64,000 nucleotides of DNA, from the NCBI GenBank assembly GCA_963813065.1, contig CAWEXP010000010.1:96250-160249 (forward strand). Direction: 5' to 3'. The notes below the pieces were generated by a model. The model ran no database searches. It worked only from the letters and a program-made list of their open reading frames with translations, and was not told the DNA's origin. Shown one piece after another: positions 32,201 to 41,441 of the stretch. The stretch is from Candidatus Kaiserbacteria bacterium. Lineage in GTDB: Bacteria; Patescibacteriota; Minisyncoccia; Phycocordibacterales; Phycocordibacteraceae. The stretch's first letter is position 1. The number at the start of each line of letters is the position of its first letter. The position numbers were made by a program, and so were the translations under genes.

Positions 32201-33600
32201 TCTCGGGCAACGTCGGGCTCGGCGTCGCACCGAGTGCCGCAGATAAATTGACCGTCGGCGGCAACATTTTCGCGCAGGCATACGAGGTGCCAGCCGGCAC
32301 GGTGACGGCGTATACGTTTGGCGCGGCAAGTGGAAGTCAGACTTCCAGTTCCGACGGAGGAAGTCAGACTTCCTTTGCCGCGCCGATACCGAGTGTGGTG
32401 CTTACGGCAGGTGGACGGGTCGACCTCTACAAGCTCGCAACCTACAATCTCTCGGGTATCTCCGCGCTTGCGGTGCGCCTCCAGACCGACGAGATGCGCC
32501 TGACCTCGCTCGAGGCACGCGTCGCAGAGCTCGAGAATGGTTCCATCGCCGTCTCGACCTCGACGCCGTTCTCCACCTCGACCCTCGCCTCCGCCTTCTC
32601 CGGCCTCGGCGCATACATCCAGCAGGGCATCGCGCAATTTGGCATCCTCGTCGCCGACCAGTTCGTCGCCGCGACCAACTCGGCGGGTACGAGCTCCGCG
32701 GGCACCGTGACGATTCCGGCCGGCAACACGGTCGCGGTGGTGACGAACGCGTACGTCAATCCGGCGTCCAAGATTTTCGTCACCTTCACTGCCTCGACCA
32801 CCGCCTCTTGGTACATCAGCGACAAGCAGAACGGCTCCTTCAAACTCATCCTCTCTGCGGCGCCGACGAGCGATATCTCCTTCGACTACTTCATCGTCCA
32901 GACGCAGGGCCAGATCGCGACCAGCACGCCCGTTTCTGAAGGAGGTCAGACCTTCACAAATCCTCAAGGTCTGACCTCCCAGCCCGTGATTACTCTGCTC
33001 GGCGACAATCCGCTCCATCTCTCGGTCGGTGGTACCTTCGTCGAGCCGGGCGTGAGCGTGCATGACTCTGATGGCACCAATGCGTACGTCACCTTCGTCA
33101 ATGGTGTGCAAGAAACCATTTCCTCGACGACGCTCGACACGTCGAGCCCGACCACTTATATCATCACGTACAGCGCGACCGACAGCTCGGGCAACACTGC
33201 GACCGCGCGCCGCTCGGTGATCATCGGCAATCCAGACGGAACCGTTTCTTCCGGCGCCGGTGGAGGTCAGACCTTAAATCCGAATCCTCAAGGTCTGACC
33301 TCCTCGGCACCGGCTGATACCACGCCACCCGTTGTCACTCTCAATGGTTCGGCGGCACTCACCACCTCGCAAGGCACGACCTTCACTGATCCAGGCGCAA
33401 CGGCAACCGATGATACCGATGGTGACCTGACCAGCAAGATTAAAGAAACGGGTACCGTCGACACGACAACCCTCGGCCTCTACACGCTGACCTACTCGGC
33501 CACCGACTCAGCAGGGAACACCGGTACCGCCTCGCGCGTGGTCTCGGTTGTCGCGGCTCCGAGTGCGCCAAGCGACGCTTCCACAACGCCCGCGGGTTAA
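20213..33600 (+). CDS. Giant (about 4,460 aa) HTH-TM-anchored, Gly/Thr/Ser/Ala/Asn-rich repetitive surface protein. It has tail-fibre-like repeats, an S74-type intramolecular-chaperone motif and two DUF5011 Ig-like domains. One gene, split by two frameshifts near 26500 and near 28600.
   Basis: ORFs 20213-26521, 26532-28646 and 28732-33600 carry the same repeat unit (GNVGIGTTSPYANLSVMAGGNYA...AGFINTDQYSGYKQAGNT(V/I)LYASTTN...) straight across both junctions; the reading frame just slips at GC runs. Other domains: HTH_17-like N-terminus plus TM (VFAVVAAFLVVGSGAFIAHAG); SDQRLKQNITTLAPATGLAAIDALNPVSYTFIDP...YGLIAQQVQQVLPALV near 31870; C-terminal DUF5011-like segments (PVITLLGDNPLHLSVGGTF...; PPVVTLNGSAALTTSQGTTF...TYSATDSAGNTGTASRVV). 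Confidence 0.7.
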
Positions 33601-33602
33601 AC

Positions 33603-34046
33603 ATGGAAAAAGATTTTGACGGCTGGAATGTGCTCAAAAAGTCGATACATGTGGAGCGGGGCGCCTTAAACGCGAATCAACGCGAACTCTGGTGGATATC
33701 ATTCGGCATGAATGTCGGTGTTGAGATTGATGGCAAAGATGAGAGCTATGAGCGACCCGGCATAGTGTTGAGGAGGTTCAACCGTGAAATGGCGTGGGTA
33801 ATCCCGACAACCTCACGAGAGAAGAATTTACCCTTTTACTCCCGTTTCTCGTACGAAGGGAAGGATTATTGGGCAGTACTTACTCAAGTACGAGTCGTTA
33901 GTACCAAGCGTTTCTTACGGAAGGTTGGGATGATATCTCAAGAACGTTTTTCTGAAATGCAGAAGAAGCTTGCGGAATTCGTTTTCTTTGATGAAAACGA
34001 ACGGAACCCCGCACGGGGCGGGGTTCCTCGGAGGCCGAAGCCGTAA
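33603..34046 (+). CDS. PemK/MazF-family endoribonuclease toxin-like protein (orphan; no adjacent antitoxin ORF)
   Basis: WWISFGMNVGVEIDGKDESYERPGIVLRRFNREMAWVIPTTSREK... follows the PemK/MazF SH3-like barrel pattern (GD-I-W-V-DF...RP-LVLS...V-P-TS). Its start sits 2 nt after the giant gene's stop. Confidence 0.5.
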   Translation: MEKDFDGWNVLKKSIHVERGALNANQRELWWISFGMNVGVEIDGKDESYERPGIVLRRFNREMAWVIPTTSREKNLPFYSRFSYEGKDYWAVLTQVRVVSTKRFLRKVGMISQERFSEMQKKLAEFVFFDENERNPARGGVPRRPKP

Positions 34047-34054
34047 TCAAGACT

Positions 34055-36139
34055 ATGATACTCCCCGCAACTAAAAAGTCAATGAAGGTGTGGATAGCAC
34101 TCGCGCTCCTCCTCTGCGGCGCGGCTTTCGCCGCGCCACACTCCGCTCTCGCCACCGAAGTGACGAAACAAGGTCCGACTACTAATGGTTTGGTTGGGTA
34201 TTGGAAGTTTGATGACGCGAGCGGTACCGTGGCCGCCGACAGCTCGGGCAACAGCAAGAAACTTACCTGCACTAGTACCGGATGGTCCAGAGGGAAGCTG
34301 GGGTCAGCAAGTGTTTTTGCTGGAAATAGCGCAAGTGTATGTGTGAGAAGTTCTGCGAGTGACTTTCAAGTACCAGGTGACGTCACCGTTTCGGCATGGA
34401 TATTTGCGACATCGACTGGTAGTGGACAGGAGATCGTCAGGAAGGGACAGCTGACCGATGAGCAGTATGGGTTACTCTACAATGGTTCGATAAAAAGTAT
34501 CGGTTTCCAACAATACAACGGTACAGCTTTCGAAGGTCCGGGTTCATTGGCGGGATCGGTGCCCCTCAACACGTGGGTTCAAGTTACCGCAGTTCGCAGT
34601 GGCACCACAGTGACTATGTATGTGAACGGTACGTCTAACGCTTCCGGAACAGTAGGGACTCCCGCGACTCCAACCAGCGGTCTTTCAATCGGATCAAACT
34701 CGGTTACAGGTGGACAGAACTTTGCCGGCTCCCTCGACGACGTCCGCATTTACAACCGCGCACTCTCCGCCGCCGAGGTGCAGGCGCTCTACAAGGCAGG
34801 CGAGGTAGACCTCAAACAGGGCCCGACTAACGGCGGCCTCGTTGGGTACTGGAAATTTGACGAGGGTGTGGGCACTAAGGCTACAGACTCCTCCGGTATT
34901 ATTGGCGATACACTCGGGTGTACCAGTTTCATCTGGACACCCGGCAAGCTTGGCGGAGCCATCCAGCTTAACGGCAACACGACGAGTTGGTGCCAACCGG
35001 CTTCAAATAATCGTCCCTCGCTTTCCCTAACGGGCAATATGACTACGAGCGTATGGATGTATTCAACTTCCACCTCTGCTATCCAGGGGGTCATTCGCAA
35101 TGGACAAGGAACGGATGAACAATATTCTATCTATTATGATGGCGGGAATCAGAGGATTGGATTTGGGTGGTATGACGGTAGTGCGTTCCAGGGCCTTGCC
35201 TCTACAGTGGGCAGTGTCCCTCGTAATCAATGGATACTAGTTACCGTAACGCGGACCGGCAGTGCGCTCGCTTTCTATGCGAATGGGGTGCCTGTCGGGA
35301 CAGCCACTTTCACCAGTGCACCAAATACGCCGAGTATTTTCACCATCGGCGGGACAAACAGTGGTAGCCAAGCCTTCGTCGGCAAGCTTGACGACGTCCG
35401 CCTCTACAACCGCGCGCTCTCCGCCGCCGAGGTGCAGGCGCTCTACAAGGCGGGCGAGACGAAAGCTCAGACCAGCTCCGCGCCCCTCACCAACGGCTCC
35501 ACTCTACAAAGCGGCCTCACTGGCCTCTGGACCTTCGACGGCAACGACTTCTCGATCCCGCAGGGTATTCTTGATAAATCCGGTAATGGCAACAGTGGTT
35601 ATTTCATTGGCGGCGCGACCTCCAGCGCCATAACGATAGGGAAGATGGGCCAGGCGTTGAAGTTTAATTCAGCGAGCAGTCAGAAAGTCTCGCTCTCAAA
35701 TCTACCAACGTCGGGTACGTCAAACTTCTCTATATTCGCGTGGGTCAACTCATCTACAGTTGGCACGAGAAAAGGAATCGTCGCATACGGGAGCAACACG
35801 ACAGATACTGGCGTCAATCTGTTTATAAACCCATCTAATCAAGTTGAATCGGATTTATCGGCCGATCCCGGTCCCAGCTCAACGGCAACTGTCACTGATG
35901 GTAAGTGGCATTTGGTCGGAGTGACAAATGCCGGCGGCACAATGCAAGTCTACGTTGATGGAGTGGCGAGTGGTTCAAGTCGAGCGAAGACTCCAAACAT
36001 AGTGTCAAGACCAAATTTCAATCTTATTGGTGAGGATTTCTTTCCCGCTTATTTCAACGGCTCCATCGACGACGTCCGCGTCTACTCTCGCGCTCTCTCC
36101 GCGTCCGAAATCAAGCAGCTCTACAACCTCGGCAAATAG
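34055..36139 (+). CDS. Secreted protein with three tandem LamG (concanavalin-A-like lectin, Laminin_G_3) domains
   Basis: Signal peptide; three repeats of LVGYWKFDE..G....DSSGN...(G)SLDDVR(I/L)YNRALSAAEVQALYKAGE. Confidence 0.6.
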   Translation: MILPATKKSMKVWIALALLLCGAAFAAPHSALATEVTKQGPTTNGLVGYWKFDDASGTVAADSSGNSKKLTCTSTGWSRGKLGSASVFAGNSASVCVRSSASDFQVPGDVTVSAWIFATSTGSGQEIVRKGQLTDEQYGLLYNGSIKSIGFQQYNGTAFEGPGSLAGSVPLNTWVQVTAVRSGTTVTMYVNGTSNASGTVGTPATPTSGLSIGSNSVTGGQNFAGSLDDVRIYNRALSAAEVQALYKAGEVDLKQGPTNGGLVGYWKFDEGVGTKATDSSGIIGDTLGCTSFIWTPGKLGGAIQLNGNTTSWCQPASNNRPSLSLTGNMTTSVWMYSTSTSAIQGVIRNGQGTDEQYSIYYDGGNQRIGFGWYDGSAFQGLASTVGSVPRNQWILVTVTRTGSALAFYANGVPVGTATFTSAPNTPSIFTIGGTNSGSQAFVGKLDDVRLYNRALSAAEVQALYKAGETKAQTSSAPLTNGSTLQSGLTGLWTFDGNDFSIPQGILDKSGNGNSGYFIGGATSSAITIGKMGQALKFNSASSQKVSLSNLPTSGTSNFSIFAWVNSSTVGTRKGIVAYGSNTTDTGVNLFINPSNQVESDLSADPGPSSTATVTDGKWHLVGVTNAGGTMQVYVDGVASGSSRAKTPNIVSRPNFNLIGEDFFPAYFNGSIDDVRVYSRALSASEIKQLYNLGK

Positions 36140-36161
36140 GTAAGACCCAATGTTCAATTTA

Positions 36162-36900
36162 CTCCCATGTAGGGTTTCGTAAATCCTACATTCCGTCATT
36201 CAAGCCTGAATCCAGGTTCTAGGTCGCCCTGAGCATCCTTCAGATACTCGGCAAGCGCGCGAGGGTAATTCCCGAGCGCGTTCTTAAAAAGGGAAGTGGT
36301 AAGGACGGAAGGAAAATTTTTCTTGCCGGTGTAATCGAGATAACTGCTCCAGCGATAGGTGTCGAGATATTCCAAAGCTTTCTTTGCACTCTTGATGCCG
36401 TTCTTACTGCGCACGCGCCACTCCTCGGCGCCTTCGAGGTAGTCGAGCGGGTTAAGGTGGATATAGTGCAGGATGTAGTTGAACTGCGCGTCGCGCTCAA
36501 TCAATATTTTCTTCGTCCGCCCTTGGAAAAGAGTGCCCTTGCGCTCGTACCGTTCATTAAAGTAATTCGCATACCCGACATTGAGCTTGCGCAAGAATAA
36601 ACTCACTCCGCCTTCGATTTTTTCTGACAACAGCAGGTGATAGTGGTTCTTCATCAGGCACCACCCATGTATCTCCACAATCCGCTCTCGCTCAATGTAG
36701 GGTTTCGTAAATCCTACATCTGGCGCACAGCGACGCTCAGAGGCCGCAGCAGGTGAGCGGTCGTTGAATTGGTATAAGTTATGGATAAAACGAACGTAGT
36801 CGGAAGAATCAGAAAATAAGTGTCGCCCGTCAACTCCCCGATTGAGTGCATGATATAGCTCGGCCATATAGATGTAGGGTTTCGTAAATCCTACATTCAA
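36162..36900 (-). mobile_element. REPtron 2: RayT-type transposase with palindrome REP2 (TGTAGGGTTTCGTAAATCCTACA) at its 3' flank, 5' flank and inserted in-frame inside the gene
   Basis: REP2 copies at 36168-36190, 36696-36718 (internal; encodes APDVGFTKPYI, absent from copy 1) and 36873-36895. Confidence 0.65.
36196..36867 (-). CDS. REP-associated tyrosine transposase (RayT/IS200-like) copy 2. The likely start is MAELYHALNRGVDGR at 36867; the listed ORF starts at a TTG inside the upstream REP.
   Basis: HUH motif NHYHLLL and Y-motif DTYRWSSY; 55-60 percent identical to copy 1 outside the REP insertion. Confidence 0.75.
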   Translation of the reverse strand: MAELYHALNRGVDGRHLFSDSSDYVRFIHNLYQFNDRSPAAASERRCAPDVGFTKPYIERERIVEIHGWCLMKNHYHLLLSEKIEGGVSLFLRKLNVGYANYFNERYERKGTLFQGRTKKILIERDAQFNYILHYIHLNPLDYLEGAEEWRVRSKNGIKSAKKALEYLDTYRWSSYLDYTGKKNFPSVLTTSLFKNALGNYPRALAEYLKDAQGDLEPGFRLE

Positions 36901-37001
36901 TTATACCCAATGCATAAGGACATTATTGCCCGTGGGTGGAGAACTTCTTATTTTTGTGTAAAATAATTCGGTTCGCTCGCTTTCTTATTCATAAGCTCGC
37001 T

Positions 37002-38153
37002 ATGATGAGGAAATTACTCTGGGCTCTTTCGCTATTTGTATTTCTCACGCCGATGGGTGCTCATGCGCTCACCATCTCTCCCAGCTCCGGCACGGATGGG
37101 ATTATTCATTGGAGTAGCCCAACGATGCCTGCGGCTATGGATGGCAGTCGGCAAATATTATTTTTTAATTCCGAGGGTTACTTTACCGATTATCTGTATC
37201 AGACCAATGACCCCGGAAGCGTTCCTGATTGTTATGCGGGGACAGGGATTTGGAATATTAACGGCGTCAATTGTTATCCATGGCGTGGATACAGTGCCCC
37301 CAACGATTATCCCGAAAATGGTCGCTCCGGATTTGCTCCCAAATACGGAACCTATAGGATGCTCGAGATTAGTTCATGGCCCGCAGACAGTGGGAACAAT
37401 TGTTGGACAGCGCCCGATAATCCTAGCGGAATGAGCCCAGACTATCGTGGCGGCGATTTGTCTTTTGATTGCTGGAAGTCCATGATAATTGCAAACGGCT
37501 TGTACGTTGGAGACGCTACATATACCTACAATCCGCCTGACATAACAGCTCCAGTTATTGCCCAATCATTTGATATCGCTACTCAAGCTACCTCAAGCGA
37601 TGGCATATCGGTTGACTACTTGGTTCCAACTGCAACTGACGACGTCGACGGTACTGACTCAGTCTTATGCACGCCGCCGTCCGGAAGTTTCTTTGCAATC
37701 GGCACGTCAACCATTTCCTGTACAGCAACTGATGCGGCGGGGAATACCGCGACCTCAACTTTTGAAGTCATAGTCCAAGATGCGACTGCATCGATGCCAA
37801 CAAATTCTTCTCCATCACCGCAAACTTCCGTCAGCAACGGTAGCATCGGCATTTTTCCCGTGCTCGCGAGCGGGAGTGGAGCGGGTGCACTATCGCCCGT
37901 GATAGTGGCAACCAGCACTGCGACTTCTTCGACGCTTGTCGCACAGGCATCGAGCACCTCGTTCGCGGTGATTGCCAGCACAACGCATCGGATAAGCCTC
38001 GCTCTGCATCATCAAAAAACCGATATTCCTAGCCATATTTCTGCGCCTGCCATCCCCAATTTCAGCCAAGCGGCGGCGGTTGTGGCGGCTCCTAGTACGG
38101 GGATCGGCGCCTGGCTCTGGGCCGTTATCCACAAGCTTTTCGGTATGCGATAA
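37002..38153 (+). CDS. Secreted HYR (hyalin-repeat, Ig-like) domain protein with a Ser/Thr-rich stalk and C-terminal TM anchor
   Basis: Signal peptide MMRKLLWALSLFVFLTPMGAHA. HYR-like PDITAPVIAQSFDI...VDYLVPTATDDVDGTDSVLCTPPSGSFFAIGTSTISCTATDAAGNTATSTFEVIVQD. C-terminal hydrophobic IGAWLWAVI. Confidence 0.55.
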   Translation: MMRKLLWALSLFVFLTPMGAHALTISPSSGTDGIIHWSSPTMPAAMDGSRQILFFNSEGYFTDYLYQTNDPGSVPDCYAGTGIWNINGVNCYPWRGYSAPNDYPENGRSGFAPKYGTYRMLEISSWPADSGNNCWTAPDNPSGMSPDYRGGDLSFDCWKSMIIANGLYVGDATYTYNPPDITAPVIAQSFDIATQATSSDGISVDYLVPTATDDVDGTDSVLCTPPSGSFFAIGTSTISCTATDAAGNTATSTFEVIVQDATASMPTNSSPSPQTSVSNGSIGIFPVLASGSGAGALSPVIVATSTATSSTLVAQASSTSFAVIASTTHRISLALHHQKTDIPSHISAPAIPNFSQAAAVVAAPSTGIGAWLWAVIHKLFGMR

Positions 38154-38160
38154 TAGGTGG

Positions 38161-39255
38161 ATGCAGAAAGCGTTTGCCGGTATCGTTGTCGTCGCCGTTT
38201 TCGCCCTTTTCTCCTTCGGCCTCGTTGCGCCGAGCGCGAACGCTGGTAGTACCGTTATATATCTAACTAATACCGCCGCGACGACTTGGACTGTTCCTCC
38301 AGATTGGAATCCGAATAACAACAAGATTGAGTGTATTGGCGCGGGCGGGAGTGGAGGTGGGAGTACTCATACGGTCGACAAGCCGGGTGGTGGCGGTGGT
38401 GGTGGCTCGTACGCATCCACCACAAACCAAGCACTAACTGGTCCAACCGTTACGATTCAAATTGAAGCGGGTGGTGTCGGGGCCGCTCCCATCAATGATA
38501 CCTACATTGAGAATGCTGTTGGTGGCACGACTATCCTCGATTGCGGCGGAGGTGCAAACGGTGGTCCCGCGAGCGGAGGTGCAGGCGGAGCGGCTTCGGT
38601 TGGCTCAGGGTACGTGGGCGGGCACGGAGGCAACGCAACCAACGCTCCTCGTGATGGAGCTGGAGGAGGGGCAGGAGCCGCGGGTCCTATGGGTGCTGGT
38701 TGGAACGGTGGAGCAGGATATGCAGGAGCATCGGGCGATGGCGGCGGCGGCGGCGGGTCAAATGGGGGAAGTGGTTCTGTGGGAACTTCTGGTTCTGGTA
38801 ATACAGGTGGCACTGGCACTGGCGGTAACGGTGGAGGGGGGTCGGGTGGTGGTGCTGCGGGCACCGCGAGCGCTGTTGCGGTAAATGGAACTGCAAATTC
38901 AGGCGGTGGTGGCGGTGGTGGCGCAGGCGGCAACGGAAATCAGGCATTTTCAGGTGGCGCCAATGGCGCAGGCGATAATTCCTTCGGCTCTGGCTATGGA
39001 GCAGGTGGTGGCGGTGGTGGAGCGGGCGGCAATAATACTTCGAGCGGCTCCATCGGAGGATCCTGTCTCACCAGTGCCGGTTGCTACGGCGGTGGCGGTG
39101 GCGGGAGTAATGATGATGGTGGTTCAACAGTCTCCGGCGGCACCGGCGGCCAGGGCATTATCGTGATCACGTACGTACCAATTCCACCACACGCGATGGT
39201 GAAGATTAATGCAGGACGGCTTCGCATCAGCGGCGGTCGTGTGCGTATTAAGTAA
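38161..39255 (+). CDS. Secreted glycine-rich (GGxGG-repeat) protein
   Basis: Signal peptide MQKAFAGIVVVAVFALFSFGLVAPSANA, then about 300 aa of G-rich repeats ending GGQGIIVITYVPIPP. ATG overlaps the stop of the HYR gene. Confidence 0.5.
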   Translation: MQKAFAGIVVVAVFALFSFGLVAPSANAGSTVIYLTNTAATTWTVPPDWNPNNNKIECIGAGGSGGGSTHTVDKPGGGGGGGSYASTTNQALTGPTVTIQIEAGGVGAAPINDTYIENAVGGTTILDCGGGANGGPASGGAGGAASVGSGYVGGHGGNATNAPRDGAGGGAGAAGPMGAGWNGGAGYAGASGDGGGGGGSNGGSGSVGTSGSGNTGGTGTGGNGGGGSGGGAAGTASAVAVNGTANSGGGGGGGAGGNGNQAFSGGANGAGDNSFGSGYGAGGGGGGAGGNNTSSGSIGGSCLTSAGCYGGGGGGSNDDGGSTVSGGTGGQGIIVITYVPIPPHAMVKINAGRLRISGGRVRIK

Positions 39256-39270
39256 GGTAAGATAGACGAT

Positions 39271-40278
39271 ATGAAACCAATTCGAGTTGCGATAAATGGA
39301 TTTGGGCGGATCGGGCGAGCCTTCGTGCGGAGGAGCCAGGGGAGGAATATTGAGATTGTTGCGGTCAACGATCTCGGCTCGCTCGAGAATCTCGCGTATC
39401 TTTTGAAATACGACACGGTCTACAAACGCGCGGCATTTCCCGTTGAAGCAAAAGACGGTGCTTTGTGGATTGATGGGAAGGCCGTGAAGTTTTTGCAAGA
39501 AAAAGATCCCGCGCACTTGCCGTGGAAGGATCTCGACGTTGATGTCATCGTCGAGTCGACCGGATTTTTTACTGACTATGAGAAGGCGAAGGCGCACCTC
39601 GATGCGGGTGCGAAACATGTGGTGATTACCGCACCAGTGAAGGGAGAGTCGGAACTCGGCGCGACGGTGTTGATGGGGCTGAACGAAGAAAAAATAAAAT
39701 CCTGCCCGATCACGAGCAACGCCTCTTGCACCACCAACTCCGCGAGTCCGCTCATCGCGATTCTCGACGAGGCGATTGGTATCGAGAAGGCAATTCTCTC
39801 CACCACGCATGCCTACACTGCGTCGCAGGCGATTGTCGACGGTCCGAGCAAGAAGGACATGAAGGAAGGCAGAGCCGCGGCGCAAAATATCGTCCCGACC
39901 TCGACCGGTGCGGCCGTCGCGGTGACGCAGGCGTACCCCGCGCTCGTGGGGAAGTTTGACGGCATCTCGCTCCGCGTGCCGGTGCCTGCGGGCTCGATTG
40001 CGGACATCACTTTCATTGCGAAGCGGTCAACGAGCAAAGAAGAAGTAAATGAGATATTGCGCGCCGCCGCAACGGCGGCGCGCTGGGCTGGCATTTTCTC
40101 GGTTACCGAGGATGAGCTGGTTAGCAGTGACATCATCGGCGAGCCCTACGCCTCGATTGCCGACCTCGGGATGACGCGCGTGGTCGATGGCAATCTAGTG
40201 AAGGTGCTCGCCTGGTACGACAACGAAATGGGGTACACCGAAAGCCTCGTCCGGCACGTGCTCGCCACGGCGCAATGA
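39271..40278 (+). CDS. gap: Glyceraldehyde-3-phosphate dehydrogenase, type I
   Basis: INGFGRIGR NAD-binding motif, the catalytic Cys motif SNASCTTN, and WYDNEMGY. Confidence 0.9.
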   Translation: MKPIRVAINGFGRIGRAFVRRSQGRNIEIVAVNDLGSLENLAYLLKYDTVYKRAAFPVEAKDGALWIDGKAVKFLQEKDPAHLPWKDLDVDVIVESTGFFTDYEKAKAHLDAGAKHVVITAPVKGESELGATVLMGLNEEKIKSCPITSNASCTTNSASPLIAILDEAIGIEKAILSTTHAYTASQAIVDGPSKKDMKEGRAAAQNIVPTSTGAAVAVTQAYPALVGKFDGISLRVPVPAGSIADITFIAKRSTSKEEVNEILRAAATAARWAGIFSVTEDELVSSDIIGEPYASIADLGMTRVVDGNLVKVLAWYDNEMGYTESLVRHVLATAQ

Positions 40279-40727
40279 ACAAAATCTATTTTGCGAGTGA
40301 TCACGCCGGTTTCAAGTTGAAAGCAGTGTTGGTCCCGTATACGCAGAGCCTCGGCTATGAGGTCGAGGATGTCGGGCCATATGAAATTGTCGCCACCGAC
40401 GATTATCCGGAATATATTACGCCACTCGCGCGCGCGGTGGCAGGAGACGCCACCGCGCGCGGCGTCATCATCGGCAAGAGTGGCCAAGGCTGAGGCGATG
40501 TGTGCCAATCGCATCAAAGGTGCTCGTGCTACGGTCTTCTACGGTGGTTCGCTCGAGATCGTCACGCTTGCGCGCGAACACAACGATGCAAATATTCTCG
40601 CTCGGCGCGCGGGTTCGTGAACGACGACGAGGCGAAATCGGCGTCAAACTTCTTCTCGATACGGCCTTCAGTGGCGAAGAGCGACATGTTCGCCGCTCGC
40701 AAAGTTTTAATCATGATGACATCGTAA
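40275..40727 (+). pseudogene. rpiB: Ribose-5-phosphate isomerase B, disrupted by about three frameshifts
   Basis: MNKIYFASDHAGFKLK... (frame 0), then ...AEAMCANRIKGARATVFYGGSLEIVTLAREHNDANILA (frame 1), then GFVNDDEAKSA (frame 0), then KLLLDTAFSGEERHVRR (frame 2): RpiB motifs in order but in three frames. Confidence 0.6.
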
Positions 40728-41424
40728 CGCCAGCGATACTCGCGACTTCTGCCGAAGAGTTCGAGGCGAAGCTCGCGCGCTTCACGTTGATTCCCGCCGT
40801 TCGACGTATCCAGATTGATGTCGTTGACGGTCGCTCGCGAAGCCCGCGTGCTGGCCCTTTCACAGAAAGGGCAGTTCGAGAATTGCTCGCGCGGCAGTCG
40901 CTCCGCACATCGGACGATTCGAATTCGAGATCGATCTTATGGCGCTCGAGCCAGAGACCATTGCGCTCGCGTTTCTTGAGCTGGGCGCCTCACGCTTCGT
41001 CTTCCATGCCGAGAGCGCGACCTCGCTCGGCCGCCTGCTCGCACTCTTCCGTCGCCTTGCGGGGCACGAAAAAGGATTCACCAATCTTATTTCTATCGGC
41101 CTCTCACTCGGGAACGCGAGCGACCTCTCGCTGATCGAGCCGTATCTCGACCAGGTCGATTTCGTACAATTCATGGGCATCGCGAAGATCGGTTCTCAGG
41201 GCCAACCCTTCGATCGCCGCGTCGTCGAGCGAATACGTGCGTTCCGTCTCCGCCATCCAGAAATTCCCATCCAAGTGGACGGTGGTGTCACGCTCGAGAC
41301 CGGACGCGCACTCCTCATGCAGGGCGTCGAGACATTGGTGGTCGGGCACGACCTGCTCGAAGCGAAAGACATTCGCACCGAGCTCGCGCGATTCGAGGAT
41401 TTGCAGAATCCGTATAGCATCTAG
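40712..41424 (+). pseudogene. rpe: Ribulose-phosphate 3-epimerase-like gene, frameshifted. Its N-terminus is in-frame continuous with the rpiB C-terminus (possible rpiB-rpe fusion).
   Basis: IVTPAILATSAEEF...IQIDVVDG (frame 2) matches the Rpe N-terminus (IAPSILSADF...IHxDVMDG). ...FEFEIDLMALEPE...FVQFMGIAKIGSQGQPFD...IQVDGGVTLETG...LVVGHDLL (frame 1) matches the Rpe C-terminus. Confidence 0.5.
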
Positions 41425-41441
41425 CGTGGTATCGTTCTCCT

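Noticed and set aside
20213-33600. Treating the three large ORFs as three separate genes, or the periodic DNA repeats as a CRISPR-like array
   Set aside because: The repeat unit and reading frame continue across both ORF junctions apart from a 1-nt slip. The repeats are long (more than 300 nt), degenerate and coding, with no short spacer/repeat alternation.
36936-37001. Upstream 22 codons of the HYR-protein ORF, and likewise 13984-14151 of the DUF1566 ORF and 14892-14930 of the SDR ORF
   Set aside because: The signal peptide or conserved N-terminus begins at an internal ATG. The upstream part overlaps REP or intergenic sequence and has no homology.
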